From: Candidatus Sericytochromatia bacterium
Lineage (GTDB): Bacteria; Cyanobacteriota; Sericytochromatia; S15B-MN24; UBA4093
DNA length: 64,000 nt
Assembly: GCA_036676985.1 (NCBI GenBank)
Contig: JAKFBU010000023.1
Span: 160,001-224,000 of the forward strand
Direction of reading: 5' to 3'
In this document: positions 60,660 to 64,000 of the stretch, piece by piece
Layout of the letters: each line of letters opens with the position of its first letter
How positions within the stretch are numbered: position 1 is the first letter of the stretch
Notes under the pieces: model-generated
The model's input: the letters and a program-made list of their open reading frames with translations, nothing else
What the model was told of the DNA's origin: nothing
Database searches by the model: none
Translations under genes and position numbers: made by a program

Positions 60660-60695
60660 GAGCTTTCACCTCTCTGAGCGATTGGGAACCGGGAA

Positions 60696-60711
60696 ACACA
60701 CACACACACAC
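60696..60711. repeat. (AC)8 microsatellite in the 5' leader of paralog B
   Basis: ACACACACACACACAC read directly. Confidence 0.9.
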
Positions 60712-61599
60712 TTGGGTGAATGGGGACCTGGACCGGGGCTTCACCCAGCGCCCTCGGGTCCGTTGTTCGGCCTCCTTTCTGCTGAAGTCACGCATGGTGC
60801 CCGCGGGGCCGATTGGCGATACTGCGACGACGAGACGACATATCAGGGGCAGTTGGCATCGCTGCGGGTTGAAACATTTCGCAACAACCGTTTGCTTTCG
60901 TGTAACAATTTGTAACATCAACCCCCGATTGCTGTCAACGCTTTCGCATTAACCCCCGCACCCCCCTCAACCCCTGATAGCGAGCGACTTTCAGGCGACC
61001 AACGACCCTTGTTCAAGTCGCCCTATCCGCCCCTCGAGGCAGGTGCCGCGCGGAGGCCTGCCGGCCCCGGCAGCGATCCTTCGTTAAAGAGTTAATGGAC
61101 ATTTAACGACATTGCGTTGGAACATCGGCGCCGGCGGCAAGCCTGCCGGGGGTTCCCGGCCCGCGTCCGGGGCCCCTCGCCCGCCGGATGACCGCGACCG
61201 CTGGGGCGGAAGCGGAGCCGTGACGAGGTGAGCGAAGGCCAAGCCTCCCGGACGGCCGGGGTAGGCCCGCCGTCTCGCCAGCTGGATCCGCGCTTGCGTT
61301 CGAGCGCCGTGCGAGCCGTTTGCCCCCCAAGCCTGGGCCGTACCGGGCGATCGCCCCGTGCGCTTGGCCCCCGTCAAAGCCATGAGGGCCAAGCTTCCTT
61401 CTAGAAAGCGCACAGGGGAGCGTTCTATAGAGGCCCCCCGCCCTCCGATCCGCGCGGGAGGGCTGTCCAACATGCAAACGATCCTTCGGCCGTTTTAGCG
61501 GGCAAGCAAGCCTGGTCCCAAACGCCCGCCCCTTCAGGGGTTCACCCGGACAAGGGGGCGCGAGGCGAGGCGTTAGGCCCCGCTTGCCACGCTCGCTTG

Positions 61600-61628
61600 T
61601 TGACGTCGAGGCGAACAATGCTTAATAT
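61600..61628 (+). promoter_or_regulatory. Sigma70-type promoter
   Basis: TTGACG-N17-TAATAT. Confidence 0.6.
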
Positions 61629-61679
61629 TTCGAAACAACGGAGAACGTGTCTCCCGGGACCTCGATGAGGAGGAGTTGG

Positions 61680-61793
61680 ATGATCGCGGCGATTCTGAGT
61701 GTAAGCGCGACCCTGTTGATCCTGGATCGCTGGCTGCACCTGCAGTCCGCGCGTCGGTTGGCCCCAGTGCCGGTGCCAATCACCCGGAAATAG
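61680..61793 (+). CDS. 37-aa small hydrophobic protein (absent from ORF track)
   Basis: AGGAGGAG RBS; MIAAILSVSATLLILDRWLHLQSARRLAPVPVPITRK*; upstream promoter and downstream terminator. Confidence 0.65.
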   Translation: MIAAILSVSATLLILDRWLHLQSARRLAPVPVPITRK

Positions 61794-61807
61794 AGTTGCC
61801 TGATTCT

Positions 61808-61840
61808 GCGCCCCGGACGCTGGTCGTCCGGGGCGCTTTT
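61808..61840 (+). terminator. Intrinsic terminator
   Basis: GCGCCCCGGACG/CGTCCGGGGCGC plus TTTT. Confidence 0.75.
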
Positions 61841-61889
61841 CGTGCCGGACGTGGTATGATCGGCCGGTCGAGCCGATCCCGAGGACCCC

Positions 61890-62615
61890 GTGAAAGTCGT
61901 CGTCTGCCTCAAGCACGTGCCCGATCCCCGCGAGCCCCGGCGTTTCGAGCCTGCGGGTCACACGCTCCTGCGCGACAGCGCCGAAGGGATGCCGAACCCC
62001 CTGGACGACCACGCCCTCGAGGCGGTCCTGCGCTGGCGGGACGAGGGGCTGGAGGTGGACTGCTGGGCCCTCACCATGGGGCCCGCGAGTGCCCGGGACA
62101 CCCTGAAGCGCGCCCTGGCCAAGGGGGCGGACCACGCCGTCTGGATCCAGGACCCGGCGCTCGCGGGCAGCGACCTGCTCGCCACCTCGCGCGCGATCGC
62201 CAGGGCCGTGGAGCGGATCGGGGAGGTGGCGCTGGTGCTCATGGGCGATCGGAGCCTGGACGCCGGCTGCGGCGTGCTGGCCCCCATGGTGGCCGAACGC
62301 CTGGGCTGGCCGTCCCTGAGCGGGACCACGAGCCTGGAGGCGGGCTCGGACGCCGTGACCGTCGAGGTCGCGGGTCCGACAGGCCCCGAGCGCTGGCAGG
62401 CCACGTTGCCCACGGTGGTTGCGATCGCCGGGCTCTCGGGCGAGCCGCGCCTGCCCTCCTTCACGGGCATCATGGGCACCAGCAAGAAGGAGCTCGTCGG
62501 CTGGAGCCTCGCCGAGCTGGCCCTCGCACCGGAAGCCGTCGGGGCTGAGGGTTCGGGCACCCGGGTGCTCGCCGTCCACCCGGCGCGCCCCGCGGCCCAG
62601 GAGGCCCAGCCATGA
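61890..62615 (+). CDS. etfB: Electron transfer flavoprotein beta subunit
   Basis: MKVVVCLKHVPD, NPLDDHALE, TMGP, LAKGAD, PRLPS. Confidence 0.88.
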   Translation: MKVVVCLKHVPDPREPRRFEPAGHTLLRDSAEGMPNPLDDHALEAVLRWRDEGLEVDCWALTMGPASARDTLKRALAKGADHAVWIQDPALAGSDLLATSRAIARAVERIGEVALVLMGDRSLDAGCGVLAPMVAERLGWPSLSGTTSLEAGSDAVTVEVAGPTGPERWQATLPTVVAIAGLSGEPRLPSFTGIMGTSKKELVGWSLAELALAPEAVGAEGSGTRVLAVHPARPAAQEAQP

Positions 62616-63181
62616 GCGTCTGGATCCTCGCGGAGCTGGACGGGAGGCTTCCCGCCCGCATCACCTTCGAGCTGCTGACAGCCGGACGGATCATCGCGGA
62701 CGCGCTCGGCCTGCCGCTGGGAGCGCTCGTCCTCGGCCCCGGTGCCGCCACCTTCGCGCCCCAGCTGGTCCGGCTGGGTGCGGACCGGGTGGCCGTCGCC
62801 GATCACCCGGCCTTGAGCCTCGAGGCTAGCCTGGAGCTCGTCACGGCGGCCCTGCCGGCGCTCGGGGCCACCTGGCTGCTCGCCGGCCACACGCGCCCCG
62901 GCACGGAGCTCGCCGCAAGGCTCGCCGTCCGACTCGAGGCGGGCCTCCTGACGGCCTGCACGGCACTCGACTGCACCGACGGCGCCGTGACGGGCACGCG
63001 ATCGCTCCCCGACGGCGGCACCGCCCGGGTGGCCGTCACCACCCCCGTCGGAGTCCTGACGATCCAGCCGGGTACCTTCGCATGGCCCGCCGAAGAGCCC
63101 GAGCGCCCGGGCGACGTCGTGCGGCTCGAGGTGCCGACCGAGGTCTCCGCCGCGCGCGTCCGCCTCCTGTCGGCCCCATAG
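62612..63181 (+). CDS. ETF alpha subunit, N-terminal domain only
   Basis: VWILAE...ELLTAGR...GADRV...LAARLA; stops before the FAD-binding domain. Confidence 0.75.
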   Translation: MSVWILAELDGRLPARITFELLTAGRIIADALGLPLGALVLGPGAATFAPQLVRLGADRVAVADHPALSLEASLELVTAALPALGATWLLAGHTRPGTELAARLAVRLEAGLLTACTALDCTDGAVTGTRSLPDGGTARVAVTTPVGVLTIQPGTFAWPAEEPERPGDVVRLEVPTEVSAARVRLLSAP

Positions 63182-63298
63182 CGACCGTTAGTTCCTTAGC
63201 GCTCCCGTCATTTCCACGTCACGCTCCATCAGGATCCCCTTGCTACGGTAGGAGGGTTCCCTGGGACGCCCTGCGCTCCCTTCCGAAAGGAGGCCCTG

Positions 63299-63673
63299 AT
63301 GGAAGCCCTGCTCATCGTACTACCGGACCCCGGTCGGCTCCCGGAGCTCATGGACGCCCTCAAGGAGGCCGGCGTGCCGGGTGCTACCGTCCTCGACAGC
63401 CAGGGGCTCGAGTTCCTCTCGTGGTTCGGCGCGCACCCGTCCATGGCCCGGTACTGGAGCCTCGAGGGGGGCGATCGCCAGAGCAGCAAGACGATCCTGA
63501 GCATCGTGCCCGACGCCATCGTTCCGCGGGTGCTGACGGTCATCGAGAAGGCCCTGGACGGCTTCTCGCATCCCAATTCGGGCATGGTCTGCACCTGGCC
63601 GGTCGGCCACTTCCGGTGCTACCTGGGCGACAAACCCGGCTTGAAGCAGGAGGGCATGCATGGCGTTGCTTAG
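63299..63673 (+). CDS. PII-like signalling protein
   Basis: LKEAGVPGATVLDSQG...KTILSIV...GMVCTWPV; AAGGAGG RBS. Confidence 0.7.
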   Translation: MEALLIVLPDPGRLPELMDALKEAGVPGATVLDSQGLEFLSWFGAHPSMARYWSLEGGDRQSSKTILSIVPDAIVPRVLTVIEKALDGFSHPNSGMVCTWPVGHFRCYLGDKPGLKQEGMHGVA

Positions 63674-64000
63674 TCTCGGCCTGCTCGTCCTCGTCGGCTT
63701 CCTCTGCGCCAAGCTGCTCCAGCGCCTGCAGCTCCCGGCCGTCACGGGCTACCTGCTCGTGGGCGTGCTCTTGGGCCCCTCGATGCTCAAGGTCGTCGGC
63801 CCCGATACCCTCGGCACCTTGAAACCCCTCGCCACCTTCGGGCTGGCCATCATCTTCTTCCTGCTCGGCGAGGAGTTCCGGCTCAAGGAGCTCAAGTCCA
63901 TGGGCTCCCGCTTCCTCTCCATCACGGTCGTCCAGTCGCTCTTGACCTTCGCGACCGTCGCCGGATTGCTCGCCCTCTGTCACGTGCCGCTCCCCATCGC
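63660..64000 (+). CDS. Cation:proton antiporter (CPA2/Kef-like), runs off the window end
   Basis: Own translation: MALLSLGLLVLVGFLCAKLLQRLQLPAVTGYLLVGVLLGPS...FLLGEEF. Confidence 0.85.
   Translation, partial: MALLSLGLLVLVGFLCAKLLQRLQLPAVTGYLLVGVLLGPSMLKVVGPDTLGTLKPLATFGLAIIFFLLGEEFRLKELKSMGSRFLSITVVQSLLTFATVAGLLALCHVPLPI

Noticed and set aside
60684-60760. GGAACCGGGAAAC...TTGGGTGAAT resembling a c-di-AMP (ydaO) riboswitch
   Set aside because: Wrong strand for the adjacent gene, and the conserved CCCGUCAGCUAAC 3' segment is missing.
61290-61330. Minus-strand GGCAAAC...ACGCAAGC resembling a c-di-GMP-I riboswitch
   Set aside because: No GNRA-capped P2 stem or convincing P3; far from any start codon.
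63179-63298. Stop read-through or frameshift restoring full-length ETF alpha
   Set aside because: A second in-frame TAG follows six codons later, and only about 120 bp remain before the next gene, too little for the FAD domain.

Overview
GC-rich bacterial chromosomal window, mostly densely coding. I found no rRNA, tRNA, CRISPR array, transposase or prophage. Housekeeping content: ffh-rpsP-khpA, rnz, an acyl-CoA ligase, pepA, an RluA-family synthase, an ECF sigma/anti-sigma/RseB/HtrA envelope-stress operon, a glpK-FAD oxidoreductase-glpD cluster, and ABC and MFS transporters. These are interleaved with many exported lipoproteins, several of unknown family. Cyanobacteria-like signalling proteins and frequent GCGATCGC suggest a high-GC relative of Cyanobacteria such as Ca. 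Sericytochromatia; this is inference only. Top observations: (1) an exported BCP/PrxQ peroxiredoxin split by the ORF track at an in-frame UGA exactly at the peroxidatic Cys position, followed by a SECIS-like hairpin, so a probable selenoprotein; (2) two paralogous Cys-rich beta-propeller lipoproteins flanking a zinc-ribbon Ser/Thr kinase, with shared upstream GU tracts and TGTAACA boxes; (3) an extremely Tyr-rich lipoprotein; (4) recurrent TTAAC boxes at about 11-bp spacing upstream of several mostly exported-protein genes; (5) a missed 37-aa ORF with its own promoter and terminator; (6) REPIN-like inverted repeats; (7) a DUF2225-cNMP fusion and an ETF alpha lacking its FAD domain. Family assignments come from motif recognition by eye; no searches were run.
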